This document shows, piece by piece, positions 9,938 to 19,500 of a stretch of DNA of 57,493 nt. A model generated the notes under the pieces. The model saw nothing but the letters and a program-made list of their open reading frames with translations, was not told the origin of the DNA and did no database searches. The position numbers and the translations under genes are program-made. The DNA is from Myxococcales bacterium (GTDB taxonomy: Bacteria > Myxococcota > Myxococcia > Myxococcales > UBA5297). The DNA lies in the NCBI GenBank assembly GCA_031262165.1, contig JAISIF010000129.1:1-57493 (forward strand). Reading direction: 5' to 3'. Every line of letters starts with the position of its first letter. The first letter of the stretch is position 1.

Positions 9938-11200
9938 ATGATTCCCAGCCTCTCCGTTCAGCGCGTCCAACGCTTCGGCCATTACTGGCTGCTGTGCCAA
10001 CTGGGCTACTGCGACATGGGCGAGATGTGGCTGGCCAGCCCGGACGACGGGCTCGACGCCAACGAGCTGTGCGTCATCAAAAAGCCGCAGCCCGACACGT
10101 TCCACGAACCCGACTCGATCGCGCGCTTCCTCGACGAGATCCGCGTGACGGATCTCCTGGATCACCCGAACATCTCAAAGGTGCTCGATGCCGGAGAGAT
10201 CGACGGCGAGCCCTTCCTCGCGCTCGACTTCGTCGAGGGAAAGAGCCTCTCGGATATCAACGATCGGCTGCGCGAGACAGGGCAGCTCTTCCCGCTGCCC
10301 CTCACGATCCACCTCGGCATCCGCGTCTGTGACGCGCTCGCCTATGCCCACCGCCTCGTGGGGCCGGGCAACCGACCGCTCCAGCTCGTCCATCGCAACA
10401 TCTGCCCGGACAACCTGCTCGTTGCCTACTCGGGCGGCATCTCGCTCATCGACTTCGGCATGGCCTACTCCACGCTGAGGGAAGCGCAGACGCTGCTGGG
10501 CAAGCGACCCAGTCAGCAGACGGCCTACCGGAGCCTGGAGCACGCTCGGAACAAGGCGGTGGACGCGCGCTCGGACATCTTCTCGCTGGGCGCCGTGCTG
10601 TGGGAGCTGGCCGCTGGCGTCAGCCCCCAGCAGACGAGGGAGGAGATGGAGCTCTGGCTCAAGTCGGGTCGGCCACGCTTCGTCTCGCCGTCGAACCACC
10701 GCAAGGGTGTGCCGCAACAGCTCGATTACGTGCTCATGCGCGCGCTGAACAACGACCCGCGCGATCGCCAGCAAAAGGCCACCGAGCTCCAGCGCGAGCT
10801 CCAGGCCATCCTCGACCGCCTCGCCCCCGGCTATGAGCAGATCGCCGACAGCGAGATGTCGCAGTTCATGCACGATCTCTTCGGCACCAGCTTCATCGAG
10901 GAGCGGAAGCGGACGATGCACGCGCTCAAGTCGGCGCAGGCCGAGGCGAGCGTCGGCGCGGACGACGCCGACGGCGAGCCCTTCGACGATGACGATGTCG
11001 ATGATGATGTCGATGACGCTCGCGGTGATGGCGAAGGCGAGCTCCCGCCATCGCAGTCGCCGCCCTTGTCGAAGCGCGCTGGGACGGCCGTCGCCGTGAT
11101 CGCGGGCAACCGAGGCCTCGTCGTCGGTTTCGTGCTCGCGTTCTTCCTGAGCCTCCTCGTCGCCGCGGCGCTCTATCTGATCTGGACGCTTCTGAGCTGA
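9938..11200 (+). CDS. Membrane-anchored Ser/Thr kinase-like protein, probable pseudokinase
   Basis: VIKK, HPNI, DFG and DIFSLG present; catalytic loop reads HRNICPDN; acidic linker; C-terminal TM helix. Confidence 0.85.
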   Translation: MIPSLSVQRVQRFGHYWLLCQLGYCDMGEMWLASPDDGLDANELCVIKKPQPDTFHEPDSIARFLDEIRVTDLLDHPNISKVLDAGEIDGEPFLALDFVEGKSLSDINDRLRETGQLFPLPLTIHLGIRVCDALAYAHRLVGPGNRPLQLVHRNICPDNLLVAYSGGISLIDFGMAYSTLREAQTLLGKRPSQQTAYRSLEHARNKAVDARSDIFSLGAVLWELAAGVSPQQTREEMELWLKSGRPRFVSPSNHRKGVPQQLDYVLMRALNNDPRDRQQKATELQRELQAILDRLAPGYEQIADSEMSQFMHDLFGTSFIEERKRTMHALKSAQAEASVGADDADGEPFDDDDVDDDVDDARGDGEGELPPSQSPPLSKRAGTAVAVIAGNRGLVVGFVLAFFLSLLVAAALYLIWTLLS

Positions 11201-11382
11201 GCTGGGCTGGGCTGGGCCGATCCAAACGGCTCGCCTCGCTCGTTCGCTCGCCCAGACTAGGCCCGCCTGGACACACAGCGCCGCCTCTCCCCCAGGAGGC
11301 GCTCTTGTCATTCGTCCGCCTGCTCCACACCTCTTGAGCACCACCTGGTGACCTCACTCAGGAAAGGAGCAGGAGGCAGGAC

Positions 11383-11622
11383 ATGGACAAAAAATACGGC
11401 GGCAAGAAGGACGAGCAAAACGAGAAGGGCGAGATGAGTGTGCGCGAGGCTGGCAAGCGCGGCGGCGAAGCCCGGAAGGAAGAGCTCGGCCACGAGGGCT
11501 ACGTCGAGCTCGGCCACATGGGCGGTCAGCGTGTGCGTGAGCTGGTCGAAGAAGGGCGCGAGGCCGAGGCCGAGGAAGAGAAGCGTCACGCCAACGACAA
11601 GAACCGCTCACCCAAGAAGTGA
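11383..11622 (+). CDS. GsiB/Em(LEA1)-like general stress hydrophilin, copy 1
   Basis: MSVREAGKRGGEARKEELGHEGYVELGHMGG motif; AGGAGG RBS. Confidence 0.85.
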   Translation: MDKKYGGKKDEQNEKGEMSVREAGKRGGEARKEELGHEGYVELGHMGGQRVRELVEEGREAEAEEEKRHANDKNRSPKK

Positions 11623-11696
11623 GCGCGCGCCTCACGGTCGCAGTCACGACAGACGAGGCGCCACACCTCACACGGGAAAGGAACAGGAGGCAGGAC

Positions 11697-11930
11697 ATGG
11701 ACAAAAAGTACGGCGGCAAGAAGGACGAGAAGATCGAGAAGGGTGAGATGAGCGTGCGCGAGGCTGGCAAACGCGGCGGCGAAGCCCGGAAGGAAGAGCT
11801 CGGCCACGAGGGCTACGTCGAGCTCGGCCACATGGGCGGTCAGCGCGTGCGCGAGCTGGTCGAAGAGGGGCGCGAGGCCGAAGAAGAGAAGCGCCACGCC
11901 GACGACAAAAGCCGCTCACCCAAGAAGTGA
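11697..11930 (+). CDS. GsiB/Em(LEA1)-like general stress hydrophilin, copy 2
   Basis: Near-identical to copy 1, with the same AGGAGGCAGGACATG start context. Confidence 0.85.
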   Translation: MDKKYGGKKDEKIEKGEMSVREAGKRGGEARKEELGHEGYVELGHMGGQRVRELVEEGREAEEEKRHADDKSRSPKK

Positions 11931-12034
11931 GCGCGCGCGCCGCGGTCACATCAGGCGGCGCTCCACCCCTCCCCCACGCCCCATGACCTCATGGGGACGA
12001 CGAAACGACGCATCAAAGGAGAAAGGCGCAGGAC

Positions 12035-12280
12035 ATGGACCACAAGAGTGACGGCAAGAAGGGTGAGATGCCCGAGAAGGGCGAGATGAGCGTGCGCGAG
12101 GCTGGCAAGCGAGGTGGCGAGGCGCGCAAGGAAGAGCTCGGCCACGAGGGCTACGTCGAGCTCGGTCACATGGGCGGCTCCAAGGGCGGCCAGCGTGTGC
12201 GCGAACTGATCGAAGAAGGCCGCGAGGCCGAGGAAGAGAAACGTCACGCCGAGGACAAGAGCCACTCATCCAAGAAGTGA
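12035..12280 (+). CDS. GsiB/Em(LEA1)-like general stress hydrophilin, copy 3
   Basis: Paralog carrying an extra SKGG (HMGGSKGGQRV). Confidence 0.85.
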   Translation: MDHKSDGKKGEMPEKGEMSVREAGKRGGEARKEELGHEGYVELGHMGGSKGGQRVRELIEEGREAEEEKRHAEDKSHSSKK

Positions 12281-12320
12281 GCGCGCCTCGTCGCGAGGCT
12301 TCACGAATCACGAGCAGATC

Positions 12321-12380
12321 ATCCCGGGAGTCGCCGTTTCTCCGATGTGAATCGGCAGAGGGGCTCCCGGGATTTTTTTT
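12321..12380 (+). terminator. Probable terminator after the stress gene triplet
   Basis: ATCCCGGGAG...CTCCCGGGAT stem followed by a T run. Confidence 0.6.
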
Positions 12381-12616
12381 GCCTCGATCGAGCGCCCCTC
12401 ATCCCGTCGCCTCGTGTCCCGTCGCCTCGTGTCGGCCCTCTCCCACGAGTGGGAGAGGGGGAGTTTTGAAGGTCGAACTGGATCGGATGTGACGAACCCA
12501 GCACGGACCAGTTGCAGTCTTTCGTTTTCCGAACAAAGTGCGCGCCCTTTTTCGAGTGAGCGCTCGGCCTTGGCCCAAAGCGCCGCTCTCCCTTCCCCTC
12601 AAGGAGCCAACGCTTC

Positions 12617-13081
12617 ATGGCCACGCCGAAAACGCCCTCGACGACATCATCGTCATCCCCCGCCTCCCCATCCGCCTCTGCCTCTGCCTCCGACGCCCAA
12701 GAGACGGCGCGCACCCTGGCCCGCCTCGGCCTCGACAAAAAAGCGAGCGACGTGCTCGTGCTCGATGTCCGCGAACTGGCCTCCTACACCGACTTCTTCG
12801 TCCTCATGACCGCCGAGAGCGATCCCCAGCTCTTCGCCATCGCCGATCACATGGAGATGACACTGAAGGCCCAGGGCAGGCGCCCCATGAGCATCGAGGG
12901 GCTGCGCGCTGGCCAGTGGGTGCTGCTCGATTACGGCGACGTCGTCGTCCACGTCTTCCATGCGGACGCGCGCGCCTTCTACGACATCGAGGGCCTGTGG
13001 GCCGACGCGCACCGCGAGGAGATCAGCGACGAGCCGCCCGCCTCCACCCACACCACCACCGCGCCCACCGGAAACGCCTGA
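12617..13081 (+). CDS. rsfS: Ribosome silencing factor (Iojap family)
   Basis: [30 protein letters not shown] and [10 protein letters not shown] motifs. Confidence 0.95.
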   Translation: MATPKTPSTTSSSSPASPSASASASDAQETARTLARLGLDKKASDVLVLDVRELASYTDFFVLMTAESDPQLFAIADHMEMTLKAQGRRPMSIEGLRAGQWVLLDYGDVVVHVFHADARAFYDIEGLWADAHREEISDEPPASTHTTTAPTGNA

Positions 13082-13101
13082 CTGACACGAGGTCCGCCAC
13101 C

Positions 13102-14349
13102 ATGAACCGCCAGTCCCTGAGAGCCTCCGATCCAGAAATTTTTGACATCATTGCCTGTGAGACGCGTCGCCAGGAGGAAGGCCTCGAGCTCATCGCCAGC
13201 GAAAACTTCGTCTCCAAGGCCGTGCTCGAGGCGCTCGGATCGACGCTCACGAACAAATACGCCGAGGGCTATCCGACCCGCCGCTACTACGGCGGCTGCG
13301 CACAGGTGGACCGCGCCGAGACGCTCGCCATCGACCGCGTGAAAAAGCTCTTCGGCGCTGAGCACGCCAACGTCCAGCCGCACTCGGGATCGCAGGCCAA
13401 CATGGCCGCCTACATGGCGCTGCTCACGCCCGGCGCACGCATCCTCACGCTCGACCTCAACTCGGGCGGGCACCTGACCCACGGCGCCAAGTTCAACTTC
13501 TCGGGCAAGCTCTACGAGGTCTTCCACTACGGGCTCGACCCGAAGACCGAGCGCATTGATTTCGATCGGCTCGAAGCCCTCGCCCAAGAGCATAGGCCCG
13601 CACTCATCGTGGCTGGGGCAAGCGCCTATCCGCGCACCATCGACTTTGCGCGCTTCCGTGCCATCGCCGACAGCGTGGGCGCAGCGCTCATGGTGGACAT
13701 GGCGCACATCGCCGGACTCGTCGCGGCTGGCCTGCACCCATCGCCGGTGCCCGTGGCCGACATCGTCACCTCGACGACGCACAAGACGCTGCGTGGCCCG
13801 CGCGGGGGCCTCATCCTCAGCAAGGCCGAGTTGGCCAAGAAGGTCGATTCGCAGATCTTCCCGGGCATTCAGGGCGGTCCGCTCGAGCACGTCATCGCGG
13901 CCAAGGCCGTCTCCTTCCACGAGGCGCTCTCCGACGACTTCGTCGCCTACCAGCGGCAAGTCCTCGCGAACGCGCAGGCACTCGCAGAGGCGCTCATCGC
14001 ACGCGGCCTGCGCCTGTGTTCGGGCGGCACCGACAACCACCTCGTGCTCGTCGATCTTCGATCCAAGTCGATCACGGGCAAGGCAGCCGAGGAAGCGCTG
14101 GGCCTGGCCGACATCACGGTCAACAAGAACATGATCCCGTTCGACCCAGAGAAGCCGACCGTCACCTCGGGCATCCGCCTGGGCACCCCGGCGCTCACCA
14201 CGCGCGGCCTCGGAACGGACGAGATGGCGCACGTCGCCAACTGGATCGTCGATGTGCTGGAGAATCCTGAGGACGAGGCGGTTCGCACAAAGGTCAGAGG
14301 ACAAATCAAAGAATTGTGCGAACGATTTCCTTTGTATCGGGATGAATGA
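13102..14349 (+). CDS. glyA: Serine hydroxymethyltransferase
   Basis: [39 protein letters not shown] and SGIRLGTPA motifs. Confidence 0.98.
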   Translation: MNRQSLRASDPEIFDIIACETRRQEEGLELIASENFVSKAVLEALGSTLTNKYAEGYPTRRYYGGCAQVDRAETLAIDRVKKLFGAEHANVQPHSGSQANMAAYMALLTPGARILTLDLNSGGHLTHGAKFNFSGKLYEVFHYGLDPKTERIDFDRLEALAQEHRPALIVAGASAYPRTIDFARFRAIADSVGAALMVDMAHIAGLVAAGLHPSPVPVADIVTSTTHKTLRGPRGGLILSKAELAKKVDSQIFPGIQGGPLEHVIAAKAVSFHEALSDDFVAYQRQVLANAQALAEALIARGLRLCSGGTDNHLVLVDLRSKSITGKAAEEALGLADITVNKNMIPFDPEKPTVTSGIRLGTPALTTRGLGTDEMAHVANWIVDVLENPEDEAVRTKVRGQIKELCERFPLYRDE

Positions 14350-14426
14350 ATCATAAGGCAATTCACAAAGGGTTTTGATGAATGGCCATTGATAAAACGA
14401 GTTGGAACACAACAAGAGGAGCCTGA

Positions 14427-15590
14427 ATGGCAGTATACAAACACATAGATTCCGCCCTCATTCACGGTGGAATCTATGGGGACGAGACGACGGGAGCGGT
14501 GAATACGCCTATTTACCAAACATCCACCTATATGCAGGAGGGTTTGGGAAAACATAAAGGCTATGAATATTCGCGCACTGGCAACCCGACACGGGCCGCA
14601 CTCGAGGCGCTCATCGCCGAACTCGAGGGAGGGCGAGCGGGGTTCGCGTTTGCCTCTGGCATGGCAGCGATTTCAGCGGTCATCGGGCTTTTCAAAAGCG
14701 GTGACACGCTCATCATCTCGAGCAATGTCTATGGTGGGACTTTTCGTATTTTAGACAAGGTATTCGGGCATTTCGGTATTCGCTGCATCATCGCAGACAC
14801 CGCCGATTTGAATTCCCTGGAATCCAAAATAACGAAAGACGTCAAAGCCATTCTCGTCGAGTGTCCCGCCAATCCGCTGCTCACCATTACAGATATTGCC
14901 GCCGTGGCGCGCCTTGCCAAACAGCATGGCATCTATTCCATCGTCGACAACACCTTCATGACGCCCTACCTGCAGCGCCCCATCGAGCTCGGTGCGGACA
15001 TCGTCATCCACAGCGCGACCAAATATCTCGGCGGCCACAGCGATTTGATTGCAGGGCTGGTCGTCGTCAATTCCCAAGAGCTCGCCGAGCAAATTCATTT
15101 CATACAAAACGCGACCGGAGGCATTTTACAGCCGTTCGACTCATTCCTCCTGATCCGCAGCATCAAAACCCTCGGCATCCGAATGGAGCGCCATGTCGAA
15201 AACGCGAGCACCGTCGCGAATTTCCTGAATTCAAACGAGAGCATCAAAAAGATATATTATCCCGGATTACCTGATTGTCAGGGATATGAGATCAATCAGC
15301 GTCAGGCCAAGAATGGCGGCGCGATGCTCTCCTTCGAATTGACCGAAGGCCATGACATCCGAGTGTTTTTTAGCGCGTTGCGTCTCATCGCTCTGGCAGA
15401 GAGTTTGGGTGGCGTCGAATCCCTCGTCTGTCATCCCGCGAGTATGACCCATGCGTCCATTCCGAAAGAAATCCGAGACAGGGTGGGCATTACAGACGGC
15501 TTGATACGCTTATCGGTCGGAATCGAAAATATCAGCGATATTTTGGACGACCTCAACCAAGCGATTGCAAAAAGCACGGAGACAAATTGA
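14427..15590 (+). CDS. mccB: Cystathionine gamma-lyase (MccB/YrhB type)
   Basis: YEYSRTGNPTR, FASGMAAI, VDNTF, HSATKYLGGHSD and AESLGGVESL motifs; lower GC than flanks; adjacent to a CBS/CysK-type gene. Confidence 0.85.
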   Translation: MAVYKHIDSALIHGGIYGDETTGAVNTPIYQTSTYMQEGLGKHKGYEYSRTGNPTRAALEALIAELEGGRAGFAFASGMAAISAVIGLFKSGDTLIISSNVYGGTFRILDKVFGHFGIRCIIADTADLNSLESKITKDVKAILVECPANPLLTITDIAAVARLAKQHGIYSIVDNTFMTPYLQRPIELGADIVIHSATKYLGGHSDLIAGLVVVNSQELAEQIHFIQNATGGILQPFDSFLLIRSIKTLGIRMERHVENASTVANFLNSNESIKKIYYPGLPDCQGYEINQRQAKNGGAMLSFELTEGHDIRVFFSALRLIALAESLGGVESLVCHPASMTHASIPKEIRDRVGITDGLIRLSVGIENISDILDDLNQAIAKSTETN

Positions 15591-16513
15591 TGGCTTACTA
15601 TGATTCAATGCAGGGGTTGATTGGAAACACGCCCTTGGTCAAACTAAACAATATGGATATTCCGCAAGGCGTGAATGTCTTTGCCAAACTGGAGTATTAC
15701 AATCCCGCTGGCAGCGTCAAAGACCGCATCGGCAAATACATGCTGGATGACGCAGAGCGCAAAGGCCTTCTGAAGCCCGGCGGCGCCATCATCGACGCGA
15801 CGGCAGGGAATACAGGGCTCGGGATTGCCTTTGCGGCGTTGGGGCGCGGCTACCGAATTATCTTTATCGTGCCGACGAAATTCTCCATCGAGAAGCAGAC
15901 ATTGCTGCGCGCATTGGGCGCCGAAGTCATCAATACCCCATTAGAAGAGGGGATGCTCGGCGCGTCCAAAAAAGCGGATGAATTGCGCGCACAAATCCCG
16001 GGTGCAGTCACCTTGGATCAATTCAAAAACATGAATAACCCGCTGGCGCACTATGAACAGACAGGTCCCGAGATCTACAGGGACTTAAACGGAGAAATTG
16101 ATTACGTCGTCGCTGGTGCAGGCAGCGGCGGGACGTTCTCCGGTATTCTCAAGTATCTGAAAGAACAAAACCCTGCCATTCAAGGTATTTTGGCAGACCC
16201 TGTTGGTTCCACGATGGGCGGCGGTGAACACGCGAATTACGAGATAGAGGGGATCGGCAATGATTTTATCGCCGACACAATGGACATGTCCCTCGTCGAT
16301 AAAGTCATCAAAATCACCGACCAGGAGGCGTTTGCCACGACCCGTCTATTGACCAGACGCGAAGGGATTATCGTCGGAACGTCATCTGGAGGTGTCATGG
16401 CCGCCGTCCAAAAGTTCGCTGCGACCATCGACAAGGGAAATATCGTCACCGTTTTCCCAGACAGAGGCGATCGGTATTTCAGCAAAGGGATATATTCAAA
16501 AGAAAACTCATGA
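15590..16513 (+). CDS. mccA: PLP-dependent cysteine synthase family protein, probable O-acetylserine-dependent cystathionine beta-synthase
   Basis: IGNTPLV, KLEYYNPAGSVKDR, TAGNTG, GAGSGGT, IEGIG and FPDRGDRY motifs; TGATG overlap with mccB. Confidence 0.8.
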   Translation: MAYYDSMQGLIGNTPLVKLNNMDIPQGVNVFAKLEYYNPAGSVKDRIGKYMLDDAERKGLLKPGGAIIDATAGNTGLGIAFAALGRGYRIIFIVPTKFSIEKQTLLRALGAEVINTPLEEGMLGASKKADELRAQIPGAVTLDQFKNMNNPLAHYEQTGPEIYRDLNGEIDYVVAGAGSGGTFSGILKYLKEQNPAIQGILADPVGSTMGGGEHANYEIEGIGNDFIADTMDMSLVDKVIKITDQEAFATTRLLTRREGIIVGTSSGGVMAAVQKFAATIDKGNIVTVFPDRGDRYFSKGIYSKENS

Positions 16514-16555
16514 TGTGTCATCATGAATCAGTCGAGAAAGAGGCATCAAAAATAA

Positions 16556-17197
16556 ATGGGACGTGAGTTTCTAGAAGTTTTTACGGATTGGGCAGACAGC
16601 TATGATGGCTTCATCGAAGGGGCTGCCGAAGAATACAGTAGAGTATTTCAGCGCTATGATGAAATCCTTGATGAAGTCGTCAATCGAAGCGGTCAAACCA
16701 TTATTGAATTCGGAGTTGGGACCGGCAACCTCACCAAAAAGTTTTTAGACAAAGGGAAAAAAGTCTTTCCCATCGAGCCCTCGGTTGAAATGAGGTCCAT
16801 CGCTTCGACGAAACTAGGCGAGTTGGTGACCATTCATGATGGAGATTTGCTGGATTTTCCAAAGCCGGAAATTTCCATCGATACGATTGCCCATTCATTT
16901 GTCTTCCATCATTTGACCGACCCTGAAAAACGTGAAGCGCTGAGGCTTTACCATGCTCTATTGGCACCGGGCGGAAAAATGGTCTACGCCGATACTATGT
17001 TCCTGACACAGGAAGCATTCGATGAAGAGATCAGGAAAGCGGAAGCGGCGAATTATCTTAATTTAAGCGCTGATCTCAAACGGGAATATTATCCGCTGAT
17101 CCCAAATATCCAGCCCTTCTTTGTTGAGCAGGGGTTCGACGTTTCTTTCAAGCAATACAATGATTTTGTATGGCTCGTCGAAGCCATCAAAAAATAA
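16556..17197 (+). CDS. Class I SAM-dependent methyltransferase (YrrT-like)
   Basis: MGREFLEVFxxWAxxYD start, IEFGVGTGNLT motif I and FHHLTDxEK, resembling Bacillus YrrT. Confidence 0.8.
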   Translation: MGREFLEVFTDWADSYDGFIEGAAEEYSRVFQRYDEILDEVVNRSGQTIIEFGVGTGNLTKKFLDKGKKVFPIEPSVEMRSIASTKLGELVTIHDGDLLDFPKPEISIDTIAHSFVFHHLTDPEKREALRLYHALLAPGGKMVYADTMFLTQEAFDEEIRKAEAANYLNLSADLKREYYPLIPNIQPFFVEQGFDVSFKQYNDFVWLVEAIKK

Positions 17198-17229
17198 CGG
17201 AATACCTCAGCTCAGAATTACCCACCTAA

Positions 17230-17405
17230 CCAGACCAAGACGCCCCTCGATCGCCTCTCACTGTCGAGGCCATCCCCGATACCAGCTGCTCTCTGGGAAC
17301 GAGGGGTTTTCCTTTGGAACGACATTGATTCAAATGTCAGACGCAAACATGGCTCAGCAAGGAGACTTCATCCAGGACGGCGTGAGAACCCAGCTCCTTG
17401 ACCGA
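17230..17405 (+). pseudogene. Remnant of the hydG upstream region and first ~24 codons
   Basis: Aligns with 21767-22010, with an internal deletion; ATG 17334 gives MSDANMAQQGDFIQDGVRTQLLDR versus HydG MSDASVAQTGDFIQDGVIAQVLDR. Confidence 0.9.
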
Positions 17406-17554
17406 CGCGCGGCCTCGGAACGGACGAGATGGCGCACGTCGCCAACTGGATCGTCGATGTGCTGGAGAATCCTGAGGACGAGGCGGTTCGCGGTCGGGTC
17501 AAAGGACAGATCAGGGAGCTGACGGAGCGGTTTCCGCTGTATCGAGAGAAATGA
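17405..17554 (+). repeat. Second copy of the glyA 3' end (150 bp)
   Basis: 17405-17491 is identical to 14200-14286; the remainder encodes GRVKGQIRELTERFPLYREK* versus [20 protein letters not shown]. Confidence 0.95.
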
Positions 17555-17593
17555 AAATGATTTCCTAGAACTCTTCGATATTTACGGAGGGAC

Positions 17594-18157
17594 ATGAAGA
17601 TGAAACTTCATTCTGTTAACTCAGTTCTCATCTTCCTCTTTGTTGTTATCGGCATACTCGTATTTCCAGAAATGCCTTTAGCGGAATCTTCTCAATGTCC
17701 TCAAAAAAGCATGGAAGAAGTGTCCATGGAAATAGGCCCTGAAGGAGGGACGATTCATCTTTCTTTTTCAACACTGACGATCCCCGAAGGTGCGTTAGAC
17801 TCAAAAGTGCTCATCAAGTTTTTGCGATACGGTGTTTCGAAAAATCCTGATAGAAATGACTATTACGAAATCCTGCCTTTTGGGATTAAATTTCATCGCT
17901 CTGTGACACTATCCGTCGTCACGGGTGACATCATCTACGAAGGCAGTGAATTAAAAACAATCGATAAAGTATATCCAGAAGATTACAGGTTTTGCCTTAT
18001 CAGAGACGACGGCACCTTTATCTTTTGGCGACTCCCAACACAGGTCTCCTCTCAGCTTGGAGTCTTTATTGGCGTGCTGAAAGAAACCAATAGATATGGG
18101 ATTCGTAAAGCAGATCTTCAAAATCAGAGTTTAGGAAAGTGTTTTGGGGAGAATTAG
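17594..18157 (+). CDS. Secreted ZU5-like domain protein
   Basis: Signal peptide; IGPEGGTI...LTIPEGAL motif; AT-rich; GGAGG RBS; paralogous to the next gene. Confidence 0.7.
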   Translation: MKMKLHSVNSVLIFLFVVIGILVFPEMPLAESSQCPQKSMEEVSMEIGPEGGTIHLSFSTLTIPEGALDSKVLIKFLRYGVSKNPDRNDYYEILPFGIKFHRSVTLSVVTGDIIYEGSELKTIDKVYPEDYRFCLIRDDGTFIFWRLPTQVSSQLGVFIGVLKETNRYGIRKADLQNQSLGKCFGEN

Positions 18158-18204
18158 GTTTTTGGAGAAGAATTTTGGCCATTTTTTGAGCAAAGGACAC
18201 TCAG

Positions 18205-19444
18205 ATGAAGCATATATCTACGATCTTGATGCTTTGGCTTCTTTTGACCACCGCTTGTTCCTCTAAGACAGAGGATAGCTCAGATACCGAACAGAGCCTG
18301 ATGGAAGAAAAATCAATGGAAATTGGTCCATCAGGAGGGAGTATCGAGCTTTCTTTTACAACTCTTACTATTCCTGAGGGCGCACTCGACAAGAATGTTT
18401 CTATAAAAGTATCACGATATGGAAAATCAGAAGACCCAAACAAGGAAGACTATTATGAATTATCTCCTTCCGGATTAGAATTCAATAAGTCTATAACTAT
18501 TTCAATCGCAACGAGTGTTCTCTTAGAACCTGTTGAACTTGTGTATCCAAAGCATTATCGACTGGGTTATCTTAATGATGGAGATTTTTCTCCTATTCCA
18601 ACGCAAAACATTTCACAATTTGGAATTCTAACGGGTGTTCTACGGCATTTTTTCTACGGTTGCCGCTCGAGATCCCGGAAACGGTGCTCAGGGTCCTTCA
18701 GAAGAAAAATGCTTTCCTTCAAAATATAAAATTTCAAATGATTGCCCAGCAGGGCTCTGTCATCGAAATTTTTTCAATTATCCATGTGAAACTTGTTTGA
18801 TTCGAACCCCTCAATGTGGAGAGTTCTCTCAAGAGCTGTTTTCTTGTTGTAAAAGCTGTGAAGATCCGACGATTACAATGATAGATATGAAATGTTCACA
18901 AGACCAACTTGAGGACTCCGAGGAAATTATTTGTGATCAAAAGCTCATTCCTTTTTCTGGAAAATGTTCAAACAACGGCCCTATCGGTGGTTCTTTTGCT
19001 GAAACAAGGGTTTTGTGTGATCCCACTTCCATTTCCAAGATTACGCAAACGGAAGCTGATGGTCAGATTTGCGTCCAAATCGTTAATGAGTCAGTGAATG
19101 TTTCTTCAAAAACCGAATTAACTATGCCCGACTGGAAAAATAAGCCTGAAAAATGTGCCAGCATGTGGGATAATTTTATTTGTAAATTGCGTGAACATGA
19201 AAAAGAGCATCATAAAATGGGAGTTCAAACATGTTCAGATATGGGTTCAGCTATTCAGGCGATAGTTGTTGAATCTTGTGCTTCAACACATGAAGCTGCA
19301 CAGAAGCAAGCGTTGAGTGACTATAGACGAGAGTTTCAGAATGCAATTGGATTATCAATGCGAATAGGTCAGGATATTCAAGATGAATTTGATTCGGACA
19401 CGAATCATGGAAATCTGATGCTCGATTGTTCATGCGCCAATTGA
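18205..19444 (+). pseudogene. Frameshifted lipoprotein: ZU5-like domain + Cys-rich linker + DUF922-like HExxH domain
   Basis: Lipobox LTTAC; IGPSGGSI...LTIPEGAL; removing one T from the T6 run at 18648-18653 joins ORFs 18205 and 18635 into 412 aa reading RHFSTVAARDPG; MPDW...WDNFICKLREHEKEH near the C-terminus. Confidence 0.75.
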
Positions 19445-19500
19445 TATGGTGAACGCGCCTATTTACCAAGCAGCCCTGCCTCTGGAGACCTGAACCGGCT

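Noticed and set aside
11383-12280. Possible CRISPR-like array
   Set aside because: The repeats are whole coding genes; there is no short repeat-spacer pattern and no cas gene.
12538-13101. N-terminal extension making GlyA 603 aa
   Set aside because: Overlaps rsfS in another frame; GlyA homology begins at ATG 13102.
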